A DNA stretch of 64,000 nucleotides from Squalus acanthias (GCA_030390025.1 CM059433.1:24864001-24928000); one strand, 5' to 3'. Shown: positions 13,601-26,688, counted from the stretch's first letter. Notes: generated by a model not told the origin, from the letters alone. Translations and numbers: made by a program.

Positions 13601-14906
13601 GTTAAGTGCCATTTTTAGGCTGTTGGGGCTCTTAGAAGGGGGCAGAAAAATTGGAAGGAAAGAGTTGCTCATGGGTGGTCCTTGGTGCTACTTGGTAGGC
13701 AGTTCAAAAGATTATGGTGGTAGCCTGGAAATGTGCCATGAACCCTCCCTCTCGGACGCAGGTGCCAGAATCTACAAGCAGATGCAGAAAAGGTGACAAA
13801 AATGCAAGAGAATAAAGAGGGAAACTGACCCAAATATTCCCACGAAAACAAAGCTTCAAAAAAACTAACAGAATTTAAAAGCCAGCTGATTGGAGTGACG
13901 TGACCTATCCTCATCCAGGTTCAAAAGTCAGAATGGTGGTTGCGGAATAGTTCTTTTGAATGCTAGAATATTAACTGACAGCTTGACCCATTCTTTCTGG
14001 TCAGTGTAGAGGCAAAGCATATACATAATAGTCTATCCTTTGTCACTTCCCAGTGGTGATTGTGTGAGCCATTGGCTATGGCTTTGCTCAGGCTGACCTA
14101 CCTCATTGTCTTGGCTGTAGGAGGTTTCATTTAAGCAATAAATAACCTGAGTGGAGAGCATCGCGCCATACAAGTGACCCCTACCCCACTGCTTTAAACA
14201 GAGATTGGAGGCATACCCCAAACTAAACTGCTAGTGATTGGAGATTGGAAATTTGACAAAATGGAAATTGCAATACTCCCCTCCCCCACCCAGTACTGAA
14301 GTGCTCCTTGTTTCCCTACATTACAACAGTGACAACGCTTCAAATAAAAAGTACTTCATTGGCTGTGAAGCACTTTGGGATGGCCTGAGGTCATGAAAGG
14401 TGCTACATAAATGCAAATTTTTTCTTAGTAAACTAAATCTGGATTGGTTGCATATCTCAACCAGTAGACTGTCCACTCCCACTAGCATGACTGATACCCC
14501 TCCAGCTAACATTCTAGCAATCAAAGATATCCCCTCAATAATACATCCACCAGACTAAAAGGATGTGATACGTACCTTTACTGCTCCATCCCCACCTCCT
14601 ATTGCCACGTCATTCCCCTTCAATTAGACCATCAGCAATCAAATACAATCCTACTGTTCGATACCAGGGTTTGGCTATGCACCTAATGCTAGGCCACTGT
14701 AGATCAGCTATATACCCTCAATCACTTGACCAGCAAGTACAATCATTTGTAACCAGTAATTACTCACAATGACAATTCTATAACCCTGACCATAATGACA
14801 AATATGTCTTCTAAATAATAAAAAGAACCTAAAATTAAAACAGAAAAGGTTGCAAAACACTCAGCAGGTCAGGCAGGCAGCATCTGTGGAGAGAGAAACA
14901 GTTAAC

Positions 14907-15287
14907 TGGAATAATTTTAACCCCCAAAAATGGGTAGGTTTGGGTCGGGTGAGAAATTAAAATGTAAAAAATTTTAAACCTGACTCCAACCCGCCCACTT
15001 CCGCTTTTGTGGGAACTCCTCCTGCGATCTCGAACCCTCCCCTGACCACTATCCCCAAACCCCCCACGATCTCTTCGCCCCCACCCCCGACGCAAACTCT
15101 CCCTACCTACTTCTCCACTGCGTCCTTCTGCTGCAGGCTTTCCTGCCCGACAAGCAACCAACCTGCTTTTCCCAGCCACAGTGGAAGGAACTTTTTGTGG
15201 AAAAATTATCTGGTGCCAGGAAAATGAACAGGAACATTTTGCTGATATTAGTGACTCTGAATTGGACTGATAGGTTGAAATTCCCCC
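14907..15287. mobile_element. MITE-like insertion within a short Penelope-type relic
   Basis: Degenerate TIRs (ggaataattttaacc / ggttgaaattccccc) interrupt gagagaaacagttaac|gttt, a motif that is contiguous at 51030-51050. Confidence 0.45.
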
Positions 15288-15579
15288 GTTTGGTGTCCAC
15301 TTTTGAGGTTGAGTGCTCATCCTCTACTTAAGTTTGGTTCATTTCTTCACAAGTCGAACCTGGTAAACAATCGAATCCAAGGTCCAGTGCTGCTGTGGCA
15401 TGTTGGGTGTGACATCTCATTTCTGTCCTGTTGCTGTGTCATAGATGGGCCTTGTCTACATTTCCACAATCCACCTTGTTGGCAAATACCTGATCTCATC
15501 CAGGTGATGGTGCTGAATGGAGGCTAGGCGGATTCTACGCAAATGAAAGGAAAGTCAGAAGAAGTGCCCGCCTATATTC

Positions 15580-15925
15580 GGCTGACAGCTGGTTTTGGAG
15601 AAGCATGGCTGAGACCTGCCATCAATTTGCCAGGCAGTACTTTGTCAAAATGGTGCTGGCAATAGGAACCTAAATGGAGATGGGAAAATAAATTTAAATA
15701 ACGGCCAGGAGATAAATCCACAACACAGCTCTGTAGCATTTATTAGTCTAGTGAACAGATTAAACTGCGTTATCCCGTAAGTGTTGCTGTTGTTCTCACC
15801 GTAACTTTAGGCCCATTTAAGCTGTTTACAGTTACGAGTTATAAATAGAGGGGTGGTAATACTATAAATAGCTGCATAAGTGAAATGAGCTGATTATTTA
15901 CAAGAGACAACATTTCAAGTGAGTC
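15580..15925 (+). promoter_or_regulatory. Candidate muscle promoter/enhancer: two tandem MEF2 sites, E-box, downstream splice donor
   Basis: TTATAAATAG (15839-15848) and CTATAAATAG (15862-15871) both fit YTA(W)4TAR; E-box CAGCTG at 15586-15591; donor-like caa|GTGAGT at 15918/15919; non-repetitive context. Confidence 0.4.
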
Positions 15926-16091
15926 TTTTGTCAGGACCATGTTATATTACCCTCACATAGTATTTATTTATTCCACCCATTTTTGAAAAAAATAAAAAAT
16001 ATATATTTAAAATGTAGTTCTTAAGAAACAGATCAATTAAATGTTATGCAACTGTGAAAGCACCTATCCTGACTTAGCAAAGTAATACTGT

Positions 16092-16335
16092 CATAGAATC
16101 TTAGACTGATACAGCACAGAAGGAGGTCATTCAGCCCATCGTGCCTGTGCTGACTCTTTGAAAGAGTTATTCAATTAGTCCCACTCCCCTGCCTTTTCCC
16201 CATAGCCCTGCAATTTTTTTCTCCTTCAAGTATTTATTCAACTTCCTTTTGAAAGTAATTATTGAATCTGCTTCCTCCACCCTTTCAGGCAGCGCATTCC
16301 AGATCATAATAACTCGCTGCGTCAAAAAATTCTCC
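16092..16335 (-). mobile_element. CR1 3' UTR fragment
   Basis: Reverse complement of the CR1 3' end seen at 400-555 and 43330-43545. Confidence 0.8.
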
Positions 16336-16604
16336 ATGTCTAATTTCAGTCACGTTGCATCAGGTCTGAGCAGGGAGAAACTGGGAGTTGGACACAAATA
16401 ATGGAGCAAGAAGCTAAGGAGTATACTTAGAAATCAATCTGTAATTCCCCCAGTCACAAACATTTCCTTCCCAAAACAATAGCTTTTTCTGGCTATTGCA
16501 ACATCTGACTTGTGGAAACACTGGAATGTGATAATAGAAGGCAGGACGTGACTTCTGTTCTGATGTTATATCTATGCATGACTGAGTAGCATATATGTAA
16601 TAAG

Positions 16605-17060
16605 AAAAAAAAACTTGAATTTATATATAACACTTTTTACATCAGCGGAATGTCTTAGTGTTTCACAGCCAATGAATAACTTTTGGAGTCACTGTTATGT
16701 AATTCCAGGATTTCAGGAAAGCTCCACTGCTCTTCAAATAGTGCCATGGGATTTTTTACTTCCAGCTGAATAGGCAGACAGGGCCTCAATTTAATGAGGG
16801 TGAAATTGGTCTTCAGCAGTCGCGCAAACAGGAGAAAGCAAATCAGCAGCCCGTTTTACACCGCACCTGATTTTCTTTTCCATTGAAGTCGGGGTGTAAA
16901 ACAGCTGCCGATTCATTATTGCCCGTTTTGCACTACAGGTAAAGACCAATCTCACCCCCATTATCTCAGGCACTGCCGACAATACAGGAAGTCCCTCAGT
17001 GGACTACATTGAAGCGTGAGCCTAGTTTATGTGCTCAAGAGTGGGGCTTGAACCACAATC
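16605..17060 (-). mobile_element. Degenerate DeuSINE (SacSINE1-like) interrupted by a MITE
   Basis: Homologous to 58810-59188 (aacttgaatttatata...agtgccatgggat...gtgctcaag). Confidence 0.6.
16796..16959. mobile_element. Short Harbinger/Tourist-like MITE (164 bp, hairpin)
   Basis: TIRs gagggtgaaattggtct / agaccaatctcaccccc plus internal inverted repeats (gttttacacc / ggtgtaaaac); flanks AAT/ATT. Confidence 0.7.
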
Positions 17061-17424
17061 AGAGGTGCGAGTTCCAGAGAGAAAGGTCTTCCTGAACTTT
17101 TCAAGATTATTTGAAGGGAGCTGACAAAGTTGAACTGGGGAAATGGTTCACTATTGTGAAGGGTTCAAAAACCAGATAACACAAGTTAAAAATAAGAACT
17201 TAAGAGCAGAAGTCAGGTGGAGTGTCTTCACCTCAAACAGTGAGAGAGTAGTGGAATAATTTACTCGGCACAGCCATTAAACAATTCAGTATAAATGAGA
17301 TCAAGAGACAATTGGATGTGTTTGTGGAGAGCAGTACAGTGAATGTATAAAATAATTTGTTCATAGAATGTGGGTGACGACGACCAGGCTGCATTTATTG
17401 TTTATCCCTAGTAGCTCTGAGAAC

Positions 17425-18690
17425 AACAATAAACAACTTGCATTTATGGTCGTGCCTTTAATGTCGAAAAATGTCCCAAGATGCATCACAAAGATGCAAT
17501 GAAAATGGAGACCAACCCAAACAAGGAAAGATTAGGAAGAGTGATCAAAGGCTTGGTCAAAGAAGTGGGTTTTAAGGAGGGTTCTAAAGGAGGAGAGGGC
17601 AGCGGAGGAGTTTAGGGTTGGAATTGCAGAACGTGGGGCTTAGGTGGCTGAAAGCCTGCCACCAGTTTTGGGGTGAAGGAGGTGGATGCACAAGATGTCT
17701 GAATCAGCAGAATGGAGAGCACAGGGTTGGTTGGAGTTGGGTCCAGTCATAAGGAGGGGTGAGACTATGGGAAGTTTAGACATAAGAATGAGGATTTTAA
17801 CTTGAAGGATTTGAGGGACTAGGAACCAATGCAGGTCAGTGAAAAAGGGGATGATGGGATAAGATACAAGCAGCAGAGTTTTGAATGAGCTAACGTATAG
17901 GGAAGGTAGAAAACGGGAGGCCGGCCAGCAGAGTATTGGAGTAATCGAGACCGGAAGTGACAAAGGCATGGATGAGGGTAAAGCAGCAGATGGGCTGAGG
18001 TGGGGCAGTCTTTGTGATGGAGAGGATATGGGGTTGGAATCTCAGGATCAAGTAGGATGATGAGGTTATAAGCAATCTGGTTCAAGCTTAGATGGTGACC
18101 AGGGAGTGGGATAGCACTGGTGGCGACGGTACTGAGCTGGACAATGGAGGAGACTGGGGCTGTGATGAAAACTGCAGAGAGGACAGGGAGGAATAATGCA
18201 GCATGGCTACAGTCACAGAGAATGTTGTTCGTGCTTTGGGATGTTTTGAGATGGAGCACCAGTTAGGGAGGACAGAGGAGTCAATAATACTTTTTGAGGA
18301 GGAAATAACAGTGGTTTTGAAAGGGAAGGGAACAGTGCCTGAGGAAAGGGAACTATTTACAGTGTCAGCTAGCTTGGGGGGGGGGGGGGGGCGGGGGGGG
18401 GGGGGGGGGGGTGGTGGTGAGGAAAGGAAGTTGTTTTTTCCAGAGTTTAGTGGGAATGGGGTTGAGGGAGCAGAAAGTAGGTCTCATGGATGGGATGAGC
18501 TTTGAGGGGGCATGGGGAAGATGGGGGATAAACTGGAGAATAGCCAGGGGTTCAGGACTAGGGTAAGAGGGGGCCTTGCAGGAGGTTGGTCTTAGTGGGC
18601 AAGGCGAAGTGGGGGAAAGCAGCTGAATGGATGGTCTCTATCTTTGATGACAAAGAAATCCATGAGCTCCATGCACTTGTTAGAAGGTGG
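17425..18690 (-). mobile_element. Old L2 LINE fragment
   Basis: Minus-strand translation LIHAFVTSGLDYSNTLLAGLP; L2 tail near 17430; contains a G16-C-G19 run at 18376-18411. Confidence 0.7.
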
Positions 18691-18759
18691 TTGGTGGGCT
18701 GATTTCTTCGACTGCTGTAGCACTTGTGCTGATGATTCACCTATAATGGTACTAGGTAG

Positions 18760-21700
18760 GCATTTCCAGGATTTTACCCACTGATGAAGAAGGAACTACA
18801 AATATGTCCATATGTCCAACTCACAATGGTGTGTGACTTCCAGAGGAACTTGGAGGTGATGATATTCCCACAATATTGTTGTTCTTGTCCTTCTCAATGG
18901 TAGTTGTTGTGAGATTGGGAGGAACTGTTAAGTAAGCTTGGTGATTTACTGCAGTGCACCAGTAGATAGTACATACTGCAGCCACAGTGCACCAGTAGAC
19001 AGTACATACTGCAGACACAGTGCAACCAGTAGACAGTACATACTGCAGCCACAGTGCACCAGTAGATAGTACATACTGCAGCCACAGTGCACCAGTAGAC
19101 AGTACATACTGCAGACACAGTGCAACCAGTAGATAGTACATACTGCAGCCACAGAGCACCAGTAGATAGTACATACTGCAGACACAGTGCAACCAGTACA
19201 GTACATACTGCAGACACAGTGCACCAGTAGATAGTACATACTGCAGACACAGTGCACCAGTAGACAGTACATACTGCAGACACAGTGCACCAGTAGATAG
19301 TACATACTGCAGACACAGTGCAACCAGTAGACAGTACATACTGCAGACACAGTGCACCAGTAGAGAGTACATACTGCAGCCACAGTGCAGCAGTAGACAG
19401 TACATACTGCAGCCACAGTGCAGCAGTAGATAGTACATACTGCAGCCACAGTGCACCAGTAGACAGTACATACTGCAGACACAGTGCAACCAGTAGATAG
19501 TACATACTGCAGCCACAGTGCAACCAGTAGACAGTACATACTGCAGACACAGTGCACCAGTAGATAGTACATACTGCAGCCACAGTGCACCAGTAGATAG
19601 TACATACTGCAGACACAGTGCAACCAGTAGATAGTACATACTGCAGCCACAGTGCAGCAGTAGACAGTACATACTGCAGCCACAGTGCAACCAGTAGACA
19701 GTACATACTGCAGCCACAGTGCACCAGTAGACAGTACATACTGCAGCCACAGTGCACCAGTAGACAGTACATACTGCAGACACAGTGCAACCAGTAGATA
19801 GTACATACTGCAGACACAGTGCAACCAGTAGATAGTACATACTGCAGCCACAGTGCACCAGTAGATAGTACATACTGCAGACACAGTGCAACCAGTAGAT
19901 AGTACATACTGCAGACACAGTGCAACCAGTAGATAGCACATAGTGCAGACACAGTGCACCAGTAGATAGTACATACTGCAGACACAGTGCACCAGTAGAT
20001 AGTACATACTGCAGCCACAGTGCACCAGTAGAGAGTACATACTGCAGACACAGTGCAACCAGTAGATAGTACATACTGCAGACACAGTGCAACCAGTAGA
20101 TAGCACATAGTGCAGACAGTGCAACCAGTAGATAGTACATACTGCAGACACAGTGCAACCAGTAGATAGTACATACTGCAGCCACAGTGCACCAGTAGAT
20201 AGTACATACTGCAGACACAGTGCAACCAGTAGATAGTACATACTGCAGACACAGTGCAACCAGTAGATAGCACATAGTGCAGACACAGTGCACCAGTAGA
20301 TAGTACATACTGCAGACACAGTGCACCAGTAGATAGTACATACTGCAGCCACAGTGCACCAGTAGAGAGTACATACTGCAGACACAGTGCAGTAGATAGT
20401 ACATACTGCAGACACAGTGCACCAGTAGATAGTACATACTGCAGCCACAGTGCACCAGTAGACAGTACATACTGCAGACACAGTGCAACCAGTAGACAGT
20501 ACATACTGCAGCCACAGTGCACCAGTAGATAGTACATACTGCAGCCACAGTGCACCAGTAGACAGTACATACTGCAGACACAGTGCAATCAGTAGATAGT
20601 ACATACTGCAGCCACAGAGCACCAGTAGATAGTACATACTGCAGACACAGTGCAACCAGTAGACAGTACATACTGCAGACACAGTGCACCAGTAGATAGT
20701 ACATACTGCAGACACAGTGCACCAGTAGACAGTACATACTGCAGACACAGTGCACCAGTAGATAGTACATACTGCAGACACAGTGCAACCAGTAGACAGT
20801 ACATACTGCAGACACAGTGCACCAGTAGAGAGTACATACTGCAGCCACAGTGCAGCAGTAGACAGTACATACTGCAGCCACAGTGCAGCAGTAGATAGTA
20901 CATACTGCAGCCACAGTGCACCAGTAGACAGTACATACTGCAGACACAGTGCAACCAGTAGATAGTACATACTGCAGCCACAGTGCAACCAGTAGACAGT
21001 ACATACTGCAGACACAGTGCACCAGTAGATAGTACATACTGCAGCCACAGTGCACCAGTAGATAGTACATACTGCAGACACAGTGCAACCAGTAGATAGT
21101 ACATACTGCAGCCACAGTGCAGCAGTAGACAGTACATACTGCAGCCACAGTGCAACCAGTAGACAGTACATACTGCAGCCACAGTGCACCAGTAGACAGT
21201 ACATACTGCAGCCACAGTGCACCAGTAGACAGTACATACTGCAGACACAGTGCAACCAGTAGATAGTACATACTGCAGACACAGTGCAACCAGTAGATAG
21301 TACATACTGCAGCCACAGTGCACCAGTAGATAGTACATACTGCAGACACAGTGCAACCAGTAGATAGTACATACTGCAGACACAGTGCAACCAGTAGATA
21401 GCACATAGTGCAGACACAGTGCACCAGTAGATAGTACATACTGCAGACACAGTGCAACCAGTAGATAGTACATACTGCAGACACAGTGCAACCAGTAGAT
21501 AGCACATAGTGCAGACACAGTGCAACCAGTAGATAGTACATACTGCAGACACAGTGCAACCAGTAGATAGTACATACTGCAGCCACAGTGCACCAGTAGA
21601 TAGTACATACTGCAGACACAGTGCAACCAGTAGATAGTACATACTGCAGACACAGTGCAACCAGTAGAGAGTACATACTGCAGACACAGTGCACCAGTAG

Positions 21701-22270
21701 ATAGTACATACTGCAGACACACTGCAACCAGTAGATAGTACATACTGCAGACACAGTGCACCAGTAGATAGTACATACTGCAGACACAGTGCAACCAGTA
21801 GATAGTACATACTGCAGCCACTGTGCAACCAGTAGATAGTACATACTGCAGCCACAGTGCAACCAGTAGATAGTACATACTGCAGACACAGTGCAACCAG
21901 TAGACAGTACATACTGCAGACACAGTGCAGCAGTAGATAGTACATACTGCAGACACAGAGCAACCAGTAGATAGTACATACTGCAGACACAGTGCAACCA
22001 GTAGACAGTACATACTGCAGACACAGTGCAACCAGTAGTGAACTGGGGGGTTATTGAGTTCAGTGGCTGTGTACCAATCAAGCGGACCTCTTTGTCCTGG
22101 CTGGTGTTGAGGTTCTTGTGTGTTGTTGCTGCTGCACCCATCCAGGTGAGTGTTTCATCACACTCATGACTTGAGTCTTGTAGATGGTGGAGAGGCTTTG
22201 AGGGGCAGGAGGTGAGCCACTCGATGCAGAATACCCAGCCTCTGGCCTGCTCTTCTGGCTATGGTATTGT
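18760..22270 (-). mobile_element. Non-LTR retrotransposon 3' fragment hosting an internally expanded minisatellite
   Basis: Flanks 18760-18951 and 22039-22270 are collinear with the same family at 12640-13600 and 52780-53633. Confidence 0.7.
18952..22038. repeat. Minisatellite, 30/31-bp unit cagtgc(a)accagtaga(t/c)agtacatactgcag(a/c)ca, about 100 copies
   Basis: Directly visible, very homogeneous tandem array of ~3.09 kb with no unique spacers. Confidence 0.98.
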
Positions 22271-22419
22271 TATTTGGTGCTGGGAGGAAAGATGACCTCT
22301 GAAAAAGAGCTTTTTTAGACTTTAATGTCTTCTTCCGAAATATTCTTGCATTGTTAAACAACAGATGAATAAAGGCTGGCCAGCTCCATGAGCTGTATAA
22401 ATGTAGCATGGCTTTTTAT

Positions 22420-23493
22420 TGCGCATCGTTACCTCTGGTGTCCCCCAAGGATCTATCCTTGGCCCCCTCCTATTTCTCATCTACATGTTGCCCCTTGGCG
22501 ACATCATCCGAAAACACAGCGCCAGTTTCCACATGTACGCTGACGACACCCAGCTCTACCTCACTACCTCTCTCTCGACCCCCTCCACGGTCTCTAAATT
22601 GTCAGACTGCTTGTCCGACATACAGTTCTGGATGAGCAAAGATTTTCTGCAATTAAATATTGGGAAGACCGAAGCCATTTTTTTCGGTTCCCGTCACAAA
22701 CTCCGTTCCCTAGTCACTGACTCCATCCCTCTCCCTAACATGTGTCTGAGGCTGAACCACACTGTTTGCAACCTTGGTGTCATATTTGACCCTGAAATGA
22801 GCTTCCGACCACATATCCGCAGCATAACAAAGACCGCCTACTTCCACCTCCGTAACATCGCCCGTCTCCGCCCTTGCCTCAGATAATCCACTGCTGAAAC
22901 CCTCATCCATACCTTTGTTACCGCTAGACTTGACTATTCCAACGTACTCCTGGCTGGCCTCCCACATTTCACCCTACGTAAACTTGAGGTCATCCCAAAC
23001 TCGGCTGCCCGTGTCCTAAATCGCACCAAGTCCCGTTCGACAATCACCCCTGTGCTCGTTGACCTACATCGGCTCCCAGTTAAGCAGCGCCTCGATTTCA
23101 AAATTCTCATCCTTGTTTTCAAATCCCTCCATGGCCTCGCCGCTCCCTATCTCTGTAATCTCCTTCAGCCCTACAACCCCCCGAGATATCTGCGCTCCTC
23201 TAATTCTGCCCTCTTGAGCATCCCTGATTATAATCACTCAACCCTTGGTAGCCGTGCCTTCTGTTGCCTAGGCCCTAAGCTCTGTCTAAACCTCTCCGCC
23301 TCTCTACCTCTCTTTCCTCCTTTAAGACGCTCCTTAAAACCTACCTCTTTGACCAAGCTTTTGGTCATCTGCCCTAATTTCTCCTTATGTGGCTCGGTGT
23401 CAAATTTTTTGTCTTAAAATACTCCTGTGCAGTGCCTTGGGACATTTTACTACATTAAAGATGCCATATAAATACAAGGTGTTGTTGTTGTTG
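22420..23493 (+). mobile_element. 5'-truncated L2 LINE (RT C-terminal half + 3' UTR)
   Basis: [50 protein letters not shown]; (gtt)n tail. Confidence 0.92.
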
Positions 23494-23639
23494 CTCTATT
23501 TAGTCAAAACTACTGAGAATTGACAGGAATGTCATTATTGCTATTTAGTTTGTAAAATATCAGCTTAGAAGACCTTTTAGTGTGTGTGGGGATGCAGTAA
23601 CACCTATCAGAATCCAGAGAATGGTGTTTAATACTTATT

Positions 23640-24025
23640 TTCCCTCTCTTCCTATTCTGAAGGCATTGACTCCTTGCTGGGGTAAGGTTCCATGGAGGCT
23701 GGGTGCCCTCTAATGTCACCCCCAATAGGCCAATACTCATGTGTAAGCCTTGGCAATGAACTGCAGGCTATTAACTACAGTAGGGGGAACACAGTCAACC
23801 CTGTTCCTGTCCTCACCTGATGCCCATACATGTACAATTGCAGTAGGGGCCACTGGACAGTGATCAGGAGTAGGAATCCTGGTCAATTTTCCCCTCTCTA
23901 ACCCAGGGGCATTGACACCCCTTGTCCCAGCTGAGATTAACTAACGCAGCAAAGACTGGGAGCGAACCTAAGATATTTTTGTCTGCATAACTAAGCTACT
24001 CACCGATAAACTCACTAAGCCATCA
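23640..24025 (-). mobile_element. Ancient tRNA-derived SINE-like repeat (related copy at ~12100-12390)
   Basis: On the minus strand, A-box-like tggcttagtgag and B-box-like aggttcgctccc; body similar to 12190-12390. Confidence 0.45.
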
Positions 24026-25711
24026 CCAGAGTTCTGGGAACTCCTGTTTTATATCGACTCTCCTTTATATGACCTCATGAGGTTCTGCTCACAAAGGTAC
24101 ATTTTCATCTCCAGCACTTTTGGTGCAGAGCTTCATGTGCAGGGGGCGTTTATTGGGAATTTTGGGCGTGGGACCTCCTACGATTGTCTATCCATTTAAA
24201 CTAATATGCCAAGACAGAAATTTATCCAATGATATATATAAAGTGTATACTTCCAAATGGTTTCTAACCAGCATTTCTAATGTATAACCAATGTAACAAG
24301 AGATGCCTGCAAGACTCCAGTAACAGTACTGGGAGCTCCTTTTATAACTTTTAAGATTATGGGCAATTCGATAGTAAATGCTTTTACTAATTCAGTTTCT
24401 GCAGGAGTTTCTTCGGTATAACTTGTATTAACCATCACAGTCCAACACTTAGTAATCATTACTTCAATACATTGACATTTTCTGTTAATGGAAAATCTGT
24501 ACTTCTCATTATGCTATACTTTCAAATCACTGGCTGTCGTACAAGGGGTTGGCAGTGTAGATTTATGACTGTAGCCCTGATCTATGCCACAGGTCTCCTG
24601 GCTAGAGTTATCACATTGAATAGATATATTGCTGAGATGGGGTTGAAGGTTTTAAGGTTAAGTACAGACATAGATGACAGCTATTCTGTGGAAAATGATG
24701 GTTCCCATGGTAGTGGGGCCACGGAAAGGTGATACATGGAGTGTAATCGGTCAAGATTGAATAATGTAAATTGTAATGTCAGACTGATCTCTGGCAATGT
24801 TTGATGATTACCTTTGAGAGTCAGGGAGAAATTTAACAGAGCTTTATCATCTTGAAAGTTTTACCTTTAGTCATTCACCTCCCTCAGCAGATTTTAGATT
24901 GGGTAGAGTATGTGATAGTGAAAATTACACACGATCTGTTGCAGAGAATGTGTTTGGACACTAAATGGCCTTATTATATTCCATAGTTTCTTGTATTCTT
25001 TCTATTTCACAATGGCTTTTTCAAGAGCATTCAAGGAGCCACCTCAGCTATGTTGCTGATGCTGGAGATCAGGGAAAAAAAGTGCAAGTATGAAGTAACA
25101 TTAAAGATGACAATACATCAGAACATTCTGGATAATATGGAGTTCTGTATCTGGACTGTAGGAACTCCTGAGCGCAAAGTCCGCTTTTCTACCTTAAAGT
25201 ACCAATTAATTGTATAAGTAGAATTGATATTTTAAGCAGCTTTATGCACTTTAGCTCCAAATCTCTTTAAACATCATTTGTCTCCCCCACACTAGTTGTC
25301 TTTCTACATCATCTATTGTCAGCAACAACCTTGGAGATCCTGCTTTCAGTCATCCTTCATTAAGATCATTTATCAAAACTGTGTGTAACTGTGATGCAAG
25401 GTCTGCACTCGTACACATATACTTGACAGCTAAATCACATGTTAAAATACAATGCTTCCTTACATAATTAGTGCAGCTACATGCCGATTTTGGGTCGCTG
25501 GTATTCATGCCCCCACCATGACATTTTAAGAGCAGGAATTCTTCAGGGCTTGCTTAAAGCCCACTCAGTAATTTACATAAATAGAACTTGTCAGCATAGT
25601 CCTCTCGTGCAGTCTCAGCATTACTTGTACTCAAATTATTATTCCTTGCCCTCTCTGTGTGCACGTATGTGTTTTTTTTTCCTTTCCTCTCACTGTATTT
25701 CTTCCATTCAG

Positions 25712-25768
25712 CTGGGGAATGAAGACTGTGCTGTGAGTTTAACACCGAGTCCCCAAGCCACAGAGCAG
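25712..25768 (+). CDS. MLIP: Candidate upstream MLIP coding exon (LGNEDCAVSLTPSPQATEQ); alternatively a first exon from ATG 25667
   Basis: Long polypyrimidine tract + ttcag acceptor, donor cag|GTGAGA, phase 0/0 (compatible with exon 44974). The end SLTPSPQATEQ resembles the recalled human alternative first-exon end ILSGSIQTTPQ. Confidence 0.5.
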
Positions 25769-26310
25769 GTGAGAGTTTGAGTAAATCATTATTTTGATGT
25801 GATGTAACTTGCACCTTCACTAATACTTTGTTTTGCCAGTTTGTATCTTGAATGGCGAAAGTGAGCTGCTTTCTGTTTATGCTGTGGGATGTTCTTCTAC
25901 AGTTTGTTGCCCTGTCTTATGTAAAAAGAGAAATGAAATGTCACTTACTCAAACCAGAAATTGTAGTGTCGCCTTTTTACTGGTTAACATTAACTATATT
26001 TAGTGATTGACAATGGTCTCCATGCAACATATCATGTGTGCCTGACCACCTTGGGGAGGTTTCTACCAGCTTTGTGTAAAGGTCCACAGTCTTTGGTGAA
26101 AACTAAAGCTAGCAATAAAAAGGACTGTGAATGCCTTAAATCTGAAATAAAAACAGAAATTGCTGGAATGCACAGCAGGTCAGTCTGCAAGTAAGAGAGA
26201 GAGATGTGCTGGGTGGAATCATTCAAAACTTCTGACCTGTTGCCTATTTCCAGAATTTTTTTTTCATTTTGCTTTGTTTCATTGAATTTTCAGGAGTTTA
26301 TATACACATA

Positions 26311-26452
26311 GGAGTAAATTTTAACTTGCAGCAGTAGCAGATTGCCTGCTCGTTATAAAACTTGCCCGGTTGGTAAATCAGGTGGTGATATAACGGGTGG
26401 ACAATCTGCTTCCGCCCGTTTTTTGCCATCACTAGAAGTTAAAATCAGCCCG
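26311..26452. mobile_element. Short degenerate MITE
   Basis: Terminal inverted match ggagtaaattttaact / agttaaaatcagcccg and internal agcagattg / caatctgct. Confidence 0.45.
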
Positions 26453-26461
26453 TATGCTTTG

Positions 26462-26688
26462 TGACATGAATCTGTCATTCATGAAAGAAAGACTTATGAA
26501 ATAATACTGAGTGGCCTGCGGGTGGCGCTGTCCAGGGAGAGTATAAATACTCGGGCACAGGCCCAGCTTGCGCAGGACATTCTTAACAGGAACTAGTGAA
26601 GGACACAACTAGACCTCCATGTTGTAAAACAGTTGATTAAAGCTTTGTTTAACGCTTAGACCAAGTGCCTAGTAGTTTTCTTACGTCA
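26462..26688 (+). mobile_element. Solo LTR (227 bp)
   Basis: TG...CA termini with short inverted ends (tgacatga / ttacgtca); perfect 5-bp TSD CTTTG (26457-26461, 26689-26693); TATAAATA at 26542 and ATTAAA at 26636 in LTR order. Confidence 0.75.

Noticed and set aside
18376..18411. G16-C-G19 homopolymer
   Set aside because: Simple run inside an old L2; length unreliable and no functional evidence.
18952..22038. CRISPR-like regular ~30-bp repeats
   Set aside because: Head-to-tail units with no unique spacers, no cas genes, eukaryotic context.
18821..22141. Very long Cys-rich ORFs (1106, 1014, 564, 480 aa) on the minus strand
   Set aside because: The minisatellite unit lacks stop codons in all three minus frames; 30/31-bp units shuffle frames, so this is not a real protein.
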